Of a DNA stretch of 64,000 nt, positions 10,601 through 17,356 are shown piece by piece (the stretch's first letter is position 1; each line of letters starts with the position of its first letter). Under the pieces are notes generated by a model that saw nothing but the letters and a program-made list of their open reading frames with translations, did no database searches and had not been told where the DNA came from. The position numbers were made by a program, and so were the translations under genes. This stretch comes from Oscillospiraceae bacterium (GTDB lineage Bacteria > Bacillota > Clostridia > Oscillospirales > Oscillospiraceae): NCBI GenBank assembly GCA_017509485.1, contig JAFWPP010000032.1, positions 55,961 through 119,960 on the forward strand, written 5' to 3'.

Positions 10601-13600
10601 GGCCGCCACGGTCTCGGTGAGGCCGGTCCTCTCCTCCAGCACGCGGCCCTCGGCCTCGACCTTGTAGCCAGTGAGGGTCAGGGGCTCGGACTCGGAGCCG
10701 TTGGTCAGCTTGGCGGTGACGGTCTCCTCCTCGCCCTGGGCGGCCACGGCCACGGAGGTCTCCAGGTCGGCGGCCACGGGAACAGCCTCCTTGACCCAGA
10801 CGGGCGCGGTGACGGCGATATCCTTGTCCGCCTCCACAACGCGGATGTAATAGAAGCCCTCGGTATTGGGGATCTCGATCTCCTGCTCAAAGTCGTTGGC
10901 GTCGACTTCGATCTTCTTTACGGACTTGCCGCCCTCGCCGATGATCTCCACGGTGGCGATCTTGTCTGCGCGGTCAGGATCGGAGACATTGACCTTCACG
11001 GTAACCGTCTCGGGCTGATCTTCCTCCTCAATGGGAGCAATGTCGCCCAGCTTGTAGGTCTCGCCGTTGGCCGTCAGCTCATAATGGATCTGGAGGTTCT
11101 GATCCTCGGTGGAGTAGACGCGGCGGGCATCCAGGGCCCGGTAGAGGCCGATCTCGGAGAAGTCGTCGGTCAGGATGACGTCACGGCAGGTGTTGGAGTC
11201 GCCCCAGTTGCCCTTGTGGTTGTCCTGGTTGTTGGTGGGGGCCACGTGCCAGCCCATGGACAGGCAGAGATCGTACTCCTCGTAGGAGGGGAAGTAGGCG
11301 GAGCCGCCCACCTTGCCCTCGCCGTTGCCGACCTCGATCAGGTTCAGCACGTCGTCGCGCTGGGCGGTATAGCCGGCGTAGTTGTCGAAGTTGCCGAAGG
11401 TCTTGCCGGGGTGGTTGAACTGGGAGACCACGGGAACGGAATTGCCGGCCTCGTCGAAGGGGATATACTTGGTGGCGTTGACGCCGGTGACCTCCGCGCC
11501 GCCGCGGGTGGTCTTGGCCTCCTCGCCCTTGTTGTCCAGACCGTGCTCGGCGTTGACCATCAGGTCGTTGTAGCGATGCATGCCCGCGTAGCCGGTCTTG
11601 TTGTTGAGCTCGGCGTTGTTTCTGGAGACCACGCCGTAGGTGTTGAAGGAGTTGGTGTGGCCGGGACCGCCGGACCAGGTCATCTCGTAGCCGTAGACGC
11701 AGAGGAAGTCGTCATAGAGCTCGTTGTATTCCTTGGCGGTGGCCCGGGCCTCCTCCCACTTGGTGGTGGAGCCGGCGGAGTTCTTCAGCAGGGAGCTCAG
11801 ATCGTAGTAGCTGGAGGTGGTGGCGGTGGAGGTGGTATCGAAGTAGTTGGAGTGGTCGGTGATGATGATGAAGTCCAGATCGTCCACGCCCTGGGCGTGC
11901 TCGTAGGCGTCCTCCAGGGTGCCGACGCCGTCGGAGTACTCGGCGGTGTGGGCATGGATCTGACCGAAGTACAGGGTCTCGCCGCCCTCGCCCACAAAGA
12001 AGTTCCAGCTCTTGTTGACGGACTTGCCGTCGGCCCGGGTGATGGTGACGGAGACGGTCTGCTTTCCGTCGGCCAGGTCCGCCGTCGGGGTGTAGGAGTA
12101 TTTGTCGCCCTCCACGGCGCCGGTGACCGCCTCGCCGTTCAGCAGCATCTGGAAGCTGGGGTTCTGCTTGACGTTGGCGAAGGTGACGCCGATCTCAGGC
12201 CTCTTCTCCTCGCCGGTGGCGGAGTTGGCCGCGGGGAAGGCAGTGAGGATCAGGGGCTCGTCCCGGACCGGGAAGGTCTTGATGACGTGCATGGTCTTGC
12301 CCAGGGCGTCCGTGATGCCGATCTCGATGGCAACGGCCTTGCCGTTTTCCAGGTCGGCGGCGGGGATGGTGAAGCTACCCTTGCGGCCGACAAGCTCCGG
12401 CTCGACCTGCTTCGGCGTCTGCGCCGTGTCGTTCTGGTCGGTGACCATGTACTGGGCGAAGATCTCCACGGGATCGCTGACGTCGTGGATCTCAAACTCC
12501 ACCGGGCAGTCGGAGCCAATGGCGGGATCCGGGTCCTTCAGCTCAAGCGTGGGATTCACCACGTAGCCGACGCCGTCCTTGTCCTCCATGGGGATGAAGT
12601 TCATGGCGAAGAGCTCAACGCTGTCCGCCTTGAAGGTCCAGCCGCTGAACACGTCGTTGAAGAACTCAATGCTGCAGTAATAGTTTCCGTATTTGGCGGC
12701 CTTGTTCTTGATCTCATAGCCGCCCGCACGCTCGACCAGCGTCCAGCAGGCGTAGCCCTGCTTTTCCTCGTCCTCGGGCCAGTCGATCATGAGCAGGGTC
12801 TCGTCGTTGTTGACCTTGCCGTTCTCGTCCACGGTGTTCTCCGGCATGGCCAGATACTTGCCGTTGTTCTCAAAGTTGAAGATGGGGTTCTTTTCGGTGC
12901 CGGACTTGTGGACCGTGAAGATCATGCCGCCGTCGGCAACGTCGTAATAGTTGAGGCCGCCGTCGGAATTGAGGGTCGCAGGAGCCGCCAGCAGGGCGGG
13001 CGCCGCCACATCCTCGCCGGTGGGCTGGCCGAAGACCGCCCGGGCGTTGTGATTGTAGATCACATAGGTCTGGCCGTCCACAGGCAGGCTGCCGGCATCC
13101 ATGATCTCGCCCACCCGGCCGTCCTCGTCGGCCGTTGTGGAGAACACCTTGAAGCGGAAGGCGCTGGCGGAGTTGGTGTTGTAGCCCCAGGGCTTGACCG
13201 CGCCGCGATAGACCTCGAGATAGACAGCCTTTCCGTTGTAGGTGTACTCGGCGTTCTTGAGGTTGTACCAGCCGGCCTCGGTTCTGTCCGCCTCAAAGGT
13301 CCACTTGGCACCGCTCTCGGCGGTGTCGGACAGAATCAGCTGCTCCATGTTCTGGTCGTCAAGATCCTTGATCGTCAGATACTTGCCGCCGAGGGTCAGA
13401 TAGTAGTCGCTGTCGCTGAGCTTGAGGAACTTGAAGACAGCGGCGCCATTGGGCAAAGCGTTGATTTTGTCTCCGGACGCGTTCAGGGTCGCAGCTTTGG
13501 CAGGAGCGCTGCCGTCGCTGACATCGGCGCCGACAACGTATCCGTCGATGTTGAACAGCACGCCGTAGGACTGATCCTCCGGCAGACCGTTCACAACGTC

Positions 13601-13705
13601 GGCGCTCTCCCCTTCTTCCGTGGCAAAGCCCAGGACCGGGAACACGGACAGGACCATGACCAGGGCCAGGAACAGGGCAAGCGCTTTGCTGAGATGTTTC
13701 TTCAT
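7661..13705 (-). CDS. Giant secreted multidomain surface protein (PHP/CehA-like metallophosphoesterase, internal SLH triplet, OB-fold-like and FIVAR-like regions)
   Basis: 2014-aa ORF preceded by AAGGAGG and a signal peptide MKKHLSKALALFLALVMVLSVFPVLGFA. PHP-type motif YFGQIHAHTAEYSDG...IIITDHSNY...NHPG at ~11190-11975. Three SLH repeats at ~9331-9873 (FTDVKRTSWYHSAVDF..., FNDVKPGNYSYKAILWA..., FPDAGTASGWAKKPLSWA...). OB-like segment at ~8760-9000. Confidence 0.9.
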   Translation of the reverse strand: MKKHLSKALALFLALVMVLSVFPVLGFATEEGESADVVNGLPEDQSYGVLFNIDGYVVGADVSDGSAPAKAATLNASGDKINALPNGAAVFKFLKLSDSDYYLTLGGKYLTIKDLDDQNMEQLILSDTAESGAKWTFEADRTEAGWYNLKNAEYTYNGKAVYLEVYRGAVKPWGYNTNSASAFRFKVFSTTADEDGRVGEIMDAGSLPVDGQTYVIYNHNARAVFGQPTGEDVAAPALLAAPATLNSDGGLNYYDVADGGMIFTVHKSGTEKNPIFNFENNGKYLAMPENTVDENGKVNNDETLLMIDWPEDEEKQGYACWTLVERAGGYEIKNKAAKYGNYYCSIEFFNDVFSGWTFKADSVELFAMNFIPMEDKDGVGYVVNPTLELKDPDPAIGSDCPVEFEIHDVSDPVEIFAQYMVTDQNDTAQTPKQVEPELVGRKGSFTIPAADLENGKAVAIEIGITDALGKTMHVIKTFPVRDEPLILTAFPAANSATGEEKRPEIGVTFANVKQNPSFQMLLNGEAVTGAVEGDKYSYTPTADLADGKQTVSVTITRADGKSVNKSWNFFVGEGGETLYFGQIHAHTAEYSDGVGTLEDAYEHAQGVDDLDFIIITDHSNYFDTTSTATTSSYYDLSSLLKNSAGSTTKWEEARATAKEYNELYDDFLCVYGYEMTWSGGPGHTNSFNTYGVVSRNNAELNNKTGYAGMHRYNDLMVNAEHGLDNKGEEAKTTRGGAEVTGVNATKYIPFDEAGNSVPVVSQFNHPGKTFGNFDNYAGYTAQRDDVLNLIEVGNGEGKVGGSAYFPSYEEYDLCLSMGWHVAPTNNQDNHKGNWGDSNTCRDVILTDDFSEIGLYRALDARRVYSTEDQNLQIHYELTANGETYKLGDIAPIEEEDQPETVTVKVNVSDPDRADKIATVEIIGEGGKSVKKIEVDANDFEQEIEIPNTEGFYYIRVVEADKDIAVTAPVWVKEAVPVAADLETSVAVAAQGEEETVTAKLTNGSESEPLTLTGYKVEAEGRVLEERTGLTETVAAGTVKTVAVPFTPSATDPAAVKTYEITVTFNVIFKGKELVYVKTISETSYPPEMMTYIGLDKGHDNFYVSGDYAGNEGNFIDICAQRGILCKYIDKGEMTKENLARFKAVLITVPRVKGDGLPSVWTAEELEALADYAANGGTILSFSKSDRYDPDDPADAPYENYYSSANLSNMVNEAIGAQTRFVRGIVVDNDKKANEAYRVYFDGRELVGDHLFTEGIVPSSNGRYQWYNGTGITWDPCARFTDVKRTSWYHSAVDFVLEHGLMSGTGADKFGPNAKLTREMFVTILWQVAGKPAPTIENPFNDVKPGNYSYKAILWAFENGITSGKAEGKFDRKGNVTRQELASFLYKYAELQGMDISAQADLSGFPDAGTASGWAKKPLSWAVANGLISGNKVDGVAMLQPKGTATRGQVAVILKKFVQNAEIELPKADTAVTTLIAPYPTTWVANYKANFDGSSYVPDYEKDLVMAEMGSDFALATAEKLSGGGWLVCSGATFISNYDLKYGDPANQQYENYLLVCNILDFIKDGEFDGEITPIADVHKGEVGQEFTIEGWVTSNASDYDKDTAFFDCIYIQDETRGINAFPVSGYYSIGMKVRAHGGVTYYCGEIELNLSTDYNGSIKVISNDLTVIEPKAVTCAEAMSDDNIGILMKITGKITDFHETAGVVDMIYVDDGSGEEAMLFINGYIQKESHALDGIAVGMNIEGVGIGSRDVDEASGGADGQIGDDIDPSLFIKRLRVRSRDEIEIWADELDTTELEAAVAEAEAIDRSLYTESSLAALDEALAAAQAVMADPNKDQRMVTEALNALRTALDGLEEIPTNGFAAATALAANDRVIIYFPDKSLALADTLNGNKVGEVSVTPVEGMLEPATGVAVYTVEYPEGDSTNFYLKMANGKYLTTGATGNSMSFEDSPNEYSLWYLQVKDADAKTVFVRSTNAAYQEGNKNQALEYYNGFTTYGWKDNVNYVFQLYVQPAE

Positions 13706-13850
13706 AGCGTTTCCTCCTTGTTGATGTTTTTACAGAGGGCATCCCCAAAAAGGGCATACAGCCACCTATAAGGATGATTTTATCATAGCACAGTTTTCCG
13801 TGGATTTCCATAGGAAATTGATTTTTCTTTGTGGATTTTGGCGCGGGAGC

Positions 13851-14095
13851 GGTGTATAATAGAGACGCAAATCGGGATTTGGCAGGATGTTGCGAAAACG
13901 CCCGTAGGGGCCGATGCCCACATCGGCCCTTTCCCGTATCGGTGTGAGGGCCGATGTGGGCATCGGCCCCTACGGTGATTGCTGCATGTTCATTGCTCGT
14001 TGATGGGAAGCACTCTGTCGTCGATACCTCCCCTCATCCGGCGCTTCGCGCCACCTTCCCCCCAAGGGGAAGGCTTTTCCACAAATCCGAATCCG
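13851..14095. repeat. Compound palindromic repeat element, copy A (REP doublet plus conserved ~100-nt module plus GC hairpin)
   Basis: Arms GTAGGGGCCGATGCCCACATCGGCCC at 13904-13929 and the reverse complement at 13948-13973. The rest aligns almost base for base with the reverse complement of 30283-30619. Confidence 0.85.
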
Positions 14096-14121
14096 TCATG
14101 CCGCGCAAACAGGAGATGACT

Positions 14122-14952
14122 ATGAACTGCGACGTATTGATCTGTCCCGTCTGCGGCGGGGCGCTTGTGCAAACAGAGCGCTCCCTGCGCTGCGGGAAAG
14201 GGCACTGCTTCGATCTGGCGAAAGAGGGTTATGTTAATCTCTTGACCGGTTCCCGCCCCGGGGACGCCACCGGCGACAGCAAGGAGGCGGCCCGCTTCCG
14301 CCGCGACTTTCTGAACAAAGGGTATTACGCCCCCCTGCGGGACGCCCTGACCGCCCGCTTTGCCGGACGGACCGGCCGACTGCTGGATCTCTGCTGCGGC
14401 GAGGGATACTACACCGCTGCCCTGGGCGCCTTGCCGGGTCTGCGGGTCTACGGCTTCGATCTGGCCCGGGAAATGGTGCGGCTGGCGGCGAAGCGAGATC
14501 CGAATCTGACGCTTTTTGTGGCGAATCTGACCCGGATCCCGGTGCGGGACGAGGCCTTCGACTGGGCCACCCTGCTCTTTGCTCCCTTTCAGGAGAAGGA
14601 GCTGCTGCGGATCCTGAAGCCTGGCGGGAAGCTGGTGCTGACGGTCCCCGGGAGACGGCACCTCTACGGTCTCAAGCAAGCGGTCTACGACAAGCCCTAT
14701 GAGAACGACGAGGCCCTGCCCCGGACCGAAGCCCTGCGGCTGCTGGGGACGAAGAAGATCCGCGCCCAAATCACCCTGAATGCCCGGGCCGACATCCAGG
14801 CCGTGTTCCGCATGACCCCCTACTACTACCGCTCCTCCCCCGCCGACCGGGCCAAGCTGGAGGATCTGGAGTCCCTGGGCACGGAGATCGAATTCGTCAT
14901 CGCGGAGTATGAGAAATATTTCACAAATATTTTCTTGCATCCCGCGAAATAA
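14122..14952 (+). CDS. rlmA: 23S rRNA (guanine-N1)-methyltransferase RlmA family
   Basis: N-terminal Zn-ribbon CPVCGG...LRCGKGHCFDLAKEGYVNLL and SAM motif LLDLCCGEGYYT, as in RlmA. Start set at ATG 14122, 6 nt after AGGAG. The upstream part of the track ORF is a translated repeat. Confidence 0.9.
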   Translation: MNCDVLICPVCGGALVQTERSLRCGKGHCFDLAKEGYVNLLTGSRPGDATGDSKEAARFRRDFLNKGYYAPLRDALTARFAGRTGRLLDLCCGEGYYTAALGALPGLRVYGFDLAREMVRLAAKRDPNLTLFVANLTRIPVRDEAFDWATLLFAPFQEKELLRILKPGGKLVLTVPGRRHLYGLKQAVYDKPYENDEALPRTEALRLLGTKKIRAQITLNARADIQAVFRMTPYYYRSSPADRAKLEDLESLGTEIEFVIAEYEKYFTNIFLHPAK

Positions 14953-14963
14953 TATGCTATACT
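14935..14963 (+). promoter_or_regulatory. Putative promoter of the small membrane protein gene
   Basis: TTGCAT, 17 nt, TATACT, overlapping the 3' end of rlmA. Confidence 0.55.
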
Positions 14964-14999
14964 GAATTGTAACAAATAATAACAACAGGAGGTATCATC

Positions 15000-15308
15000 A
15001 TGACGAAGACCATCAAGACCGTTTTGGCTGTCATTGGCGCTCTGACCGCCATCTGCGGCGTGCTGCTGCTCCTCAAGAAGCTCGGCCTCATCAAAGTCTG
15101 CTGCAAGAAGTGCGGCAAGGAAAAGTGCGAATGCGACAAGCCCGAGACTGTTGAGGACTTTGTGGAAGAGGCCGCCGAGGCCGTCGAGGACAAGGTCAAG
15201 GAAGTCAAGGAGGCCGTCGAGGAGAAGGTAGAAGAGGCCAAGGAGAAGGCAGAAGCCATCGCCGAGGAGTTCAAGGACTACGCGGACGTGGAGCTTCCCA
15301 AGGAATAA
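15000..15308 (+). CDS. Small membrane-anchored protein with a Cys cluster and an acidic Lys/Glu-rich tail
   Basis: Strong AGGAGG 7 nt upstream. It has an N-terminal TM helix, then CCKKCGKEKCEC and a KE-rich tail. A terminator follows directly. Confidence 0.65.
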   Translation: MTKTIKTVLAVIGALTAICGVLLLLKKLGLIKVCCKKCGKEKCECDKPETVEDFVEEAAEAVEDKVKEVKEAVEEKVEEAKEKAEAIAEEFKDYADVELPKE

Positions 15309-15318
15309 GAAAAGGATA

Positions 15319-15362
15319 CAACGATCCCCGGACCCGTTCAGAACGGATCCGGGGATCGTTGT
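15319..15362. terminator. Bidirectional terminator hairpin
   Basis: CAACGATCCCCGGACCCGTT-caga-ACGGATCCGGGGATCGTTG: ~20-bp stem with one mismatch, followed by TTGTTT. Confidence 0.8.
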
Positions 15363-15424
15363 TGTTTGCAGTCGGACTCACACGGAACGCCCATCAAAAG
15401 ACAGGACTTTACGGGAGCTCCGCA

Positions 15425-16483
15425 TCAGTACCGAAGCTGCTCCACGGTATAGCCGGCGGCGCGGAGCAGCTCTACAAGACCGTCCTCTCCCACCAGGTGG
15501 GCGGCGCCCACGGCAAAGAACACCTTGTCGCCTGCCTCAAGCCATTCAACGGCCCTGTCCCGCATGCCCAGGTTGCGCTGGGTCAGCAGCTTGTCGTAGT
15601 AGTCCGCCATCAGAGCCCGCTCTTCCTCGGTCATATCCTCGGCCTCGGAATCCATTTCACCGGTCAGCAGGATACTCAGCTTGTCGTAGTCTCCCTCCAG
15701 CCAGCCGTTGTAGAGCTCGTCGATGCCGGCCTGGTACTCGTCCAGGTTCTCCAGAGTGCTCCGAATCATCAGCAGATTCAGCTCGTCAGAGAAGGCGGAA
15801 AGCAGCCCGTATTGGAAATTCGCGCTCTCCACGTCCCGGACCTGGATTTTCTTGTCGTTGCAGTGCCGGATCAGGGTGCGGTCCATGCCGGTCTCCACAT
15901 CGTAGTCGGTGCGGGTCATCAACGCGGCCTGCTCCACCAGCTGGGACCACCAGATCAGGTTATAGTGCTCCCAAAGCTGGGGAATGAGGCCGGCTTCGCT
16001 CACCAGGGCGGAGACCTTCTCAAAGAGCTCCTTGGGCATGTGGTCGGAGGCCTTCGTGCCGTCGTTCAGCAGGAAGTACTGGATGCCCTGCATCTGGGCG
16101 GCATAGTCGCTTTCATAGGCCACCACGTCATATTCCACTGCCAGTGCGCTGCAGTCGTCCAAATAGGGCGTCAGCTTGTCCAGGACGGTGTAGATCCGCT
16201 CGTCTCCCACATGGATGGTGCCAAAGAGATACGCCTCCCGGCCATTCTCATCGCTGACGTGAAAGAGCATGGGATGGATCCCTGCCCTGTCCGTGGTATC
16301 GGCGGCGGGATCCGCGGCGGTGGTCCCCGCCGCGCTGGTGCCTGTGCCCCTGGTATCGGCGGACTCGGTCCGGGCGGCGCCGTCGGAGGCAGTCGAAGAC
16401 TGCACGGGCACCGGGCTCTTCCTGCAGCCGGCAAACAGAGCCAAAAGCAGGACCAGGATCAACAGGATATATCGTTTTTTCAT
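15425..16483 (-). CDS. TraB/GumN family lipoprotein
   Basis: Lipobox LALFAGC. TraB/GumN-like blocks (LFGTIHVGDERIY, FFAVGAAHLVGEDGLVELLRAAGYTVEQL). Confidence 0.85.
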   Translation of the reverse strand: MKKRYILLILVLLLALFAGCRKSPVPVQSSTASDGAARTESADTRGTGTSAAGTTAADPAADTTDRAGIHPMLFHVSDENGREAYLFGTIHVGDERIYTVLDKLTPYLDDCSALAVEYDVVAYESDYAAQMQGIQYFLLNDGTKASDHMPKELFEKVSALVSEAGLIPQLWEHYNLIWWSQLVEQAALMTRTDYDVETGMDRTLIRHCNDKKIQVRDVESANFQYGLLSAFSDELNLLMIRSTLENLDEYQAGIDELYNGWLEGDYDKLSILLTGEMDSEAEDMTEEERALMADYYDKLLTQRNLGMRDRAVEWLEAGDKVFFAVGAAHLVGEDGLVELLRAAGYTVEQLRY

Positions 16484-16573
16484 GGTATACTCCTCAAATC
16501 GTCGAAAATTGAAAATGGCTGCGGTTTTTCAAATCTTTTTTGAAACACTCCGCTGTTTTCCGATTCTGTATTT

Positions 16574-17353
16574 TCAATTTTCAATTGTTCTGGGCTGTCC
16601 GCAGCCGGCGCAGATGGAGCGGTCGGCGCGGTTCTGGGTGCCGCAGACCGGGCAGAGCCAGGAGGCGCTGGGCGCGCCCTTGGGGCGGCCGCAGCCGACG
16701 CAGACCCTGCGGCTCTCCCGATTCTCTCTGCCGCAATAGGCGCAGGTCCAGCCATCGGTGCGGCGCTTGGTGCCGCAGAGCTTGCAGGCCTCGGCGTTTT
16801 CGTCGTTGGCTATGCCGCAGACCGGGCAGCTCCAGCCCGGCGCCGAGGCGAAGCGTCTGCGCTGGCAGGCTGTGCAGCGGCTCTCTGTCTCCGGGTTCTC
16901 CGTGCCGCAGCCCTCGCAGATCCAGGTCAGCAGGGGTCGGTCCTTGGGGGCCGCACAGCCCTGGCATGCCTGGGTGCTCTCCGGGTTCTCCGTGCCGCAG
17001 AAGGGACAGCGCCAGGTGGGGACCCTGCGCTGATCCCTGGGGGCGCCGCAGACAGCGCAGCGGCGCTCGTCGGTGTTTTCGCTGCCGCAGGCCGGGCAGA
17101 TCCAGCTGCGTACCAGCGGCGCGGGCGGCTCATTTTCCGGCAAAGCGTCCCGGGATCGCAGGCTCAGGAGCAGCAGGAGCAGGCCGAAGCCGGCCAGCAC
17201 CAGCGCCGCCCAAAAGGCGGACTCCGCCAGCTCTGCAAAATCCGACATGCCCCGGGCCACTTCCCGGGCAAACCAGTCCGAGCGGCGGACAAAATACAGG
17301 AAGACGCCAAGCACAACGCCGGAAACCAAAGCGGATAAGCCGATCTTTTTCAT
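16574..17353 (-). CDS. Membrane protein with six tandem RanBP2-type zinc-finger/zinc-ribbon repeats
   Basis: Two N-terminal TM helices, then six copies of W-x-C-x2-C-x3-N-x5/6-C-x2-C (WICPACGSEN..CAVC, WRCPFCGTEN..CQGC, WICEGCGTEN..CTAC, WSCPVCGIAN..CKLC, WTCAYCGREN..CVGC, WLCPVCGTQN..CAGC). The start lies 3 nt after the GH13 stop. Confidence 0.85.
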   Translation of the reverse strand: MKKIGLSALVSGVVLGVFLYFVRRSDWFAREVARGMSDFAELAESAFWAALVLAGFGLLLLLLSLRSRDALPENEPPAPLVRSWICPACGSENTDERRCAVCGAPRDQRRVPTWRCPFCGTENPESTQACQGCAAPKDRPLLTWICEGCGTENPETESRCTACQRRRFASAPGWSCPVCGIANDENAEACKLCGTKRRTDGWTCAYCGRENRESRRVCVGCGRPKGAPSASWLCPVCGTQNRADRSICAGCGQPRTIEN

Positions 17354-17356
17354 GCC

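Noticed and set aside
7751-13771. 2006-aa plus-strand ORF antisense to the giant surface-protein gene. Similar long antisense ORFs occur at 668..2614, 17387..19189, 19208..21694, 22685..24160, 24991..28443, 28471..30387, 39290..41695 and 55056..57290.
   Set aside because: Each is in codon register with a well-supported gene on the other strand, so it stays open simply because TTA, CTA and TCA codons are avoided in this GC-rich genome. The products are G/V/D/L/A-rich with no recognisable motifs or RBS. They are shadow ORFs.
13904-13973. Possibility that the recurring 26-nt palindromes represent a CRISPR array.
   Set aside because: The copies are dispersed over 40 kb as isolated inverted pairs with 18-19-nt centres. 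They are not regularly spaced direct repeats with unique spacers, and no cas genes are present.
13954-14121. N-terminal extensions and stand-alone ORFs that run through the palindromic repeats. Examples are MWASAPT..., GRCGHRPLR and VGADAHIGP peptides at 13954, 30268..30405, 30462..32000, 48398..48916, 51738..53429, 55096..55422 and 55121..55345.
   Set aside because: The same peptide strings recur because the same DNA repeat is being translated. There is no RBS, and the real genes have good starts with an SD downstream of the repeats.
16504-16581. Inverted AAAATTGAAAAT / ATTTTCAATTTT repeats between the zinc-finger gene and the TraB gene, as a possible operator or terminator.
   Set aside because: The arms are AT-rich and 50 nt apart with no stable stem, and the motif does not recur in the window. 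There is insufficient evidence for a call.
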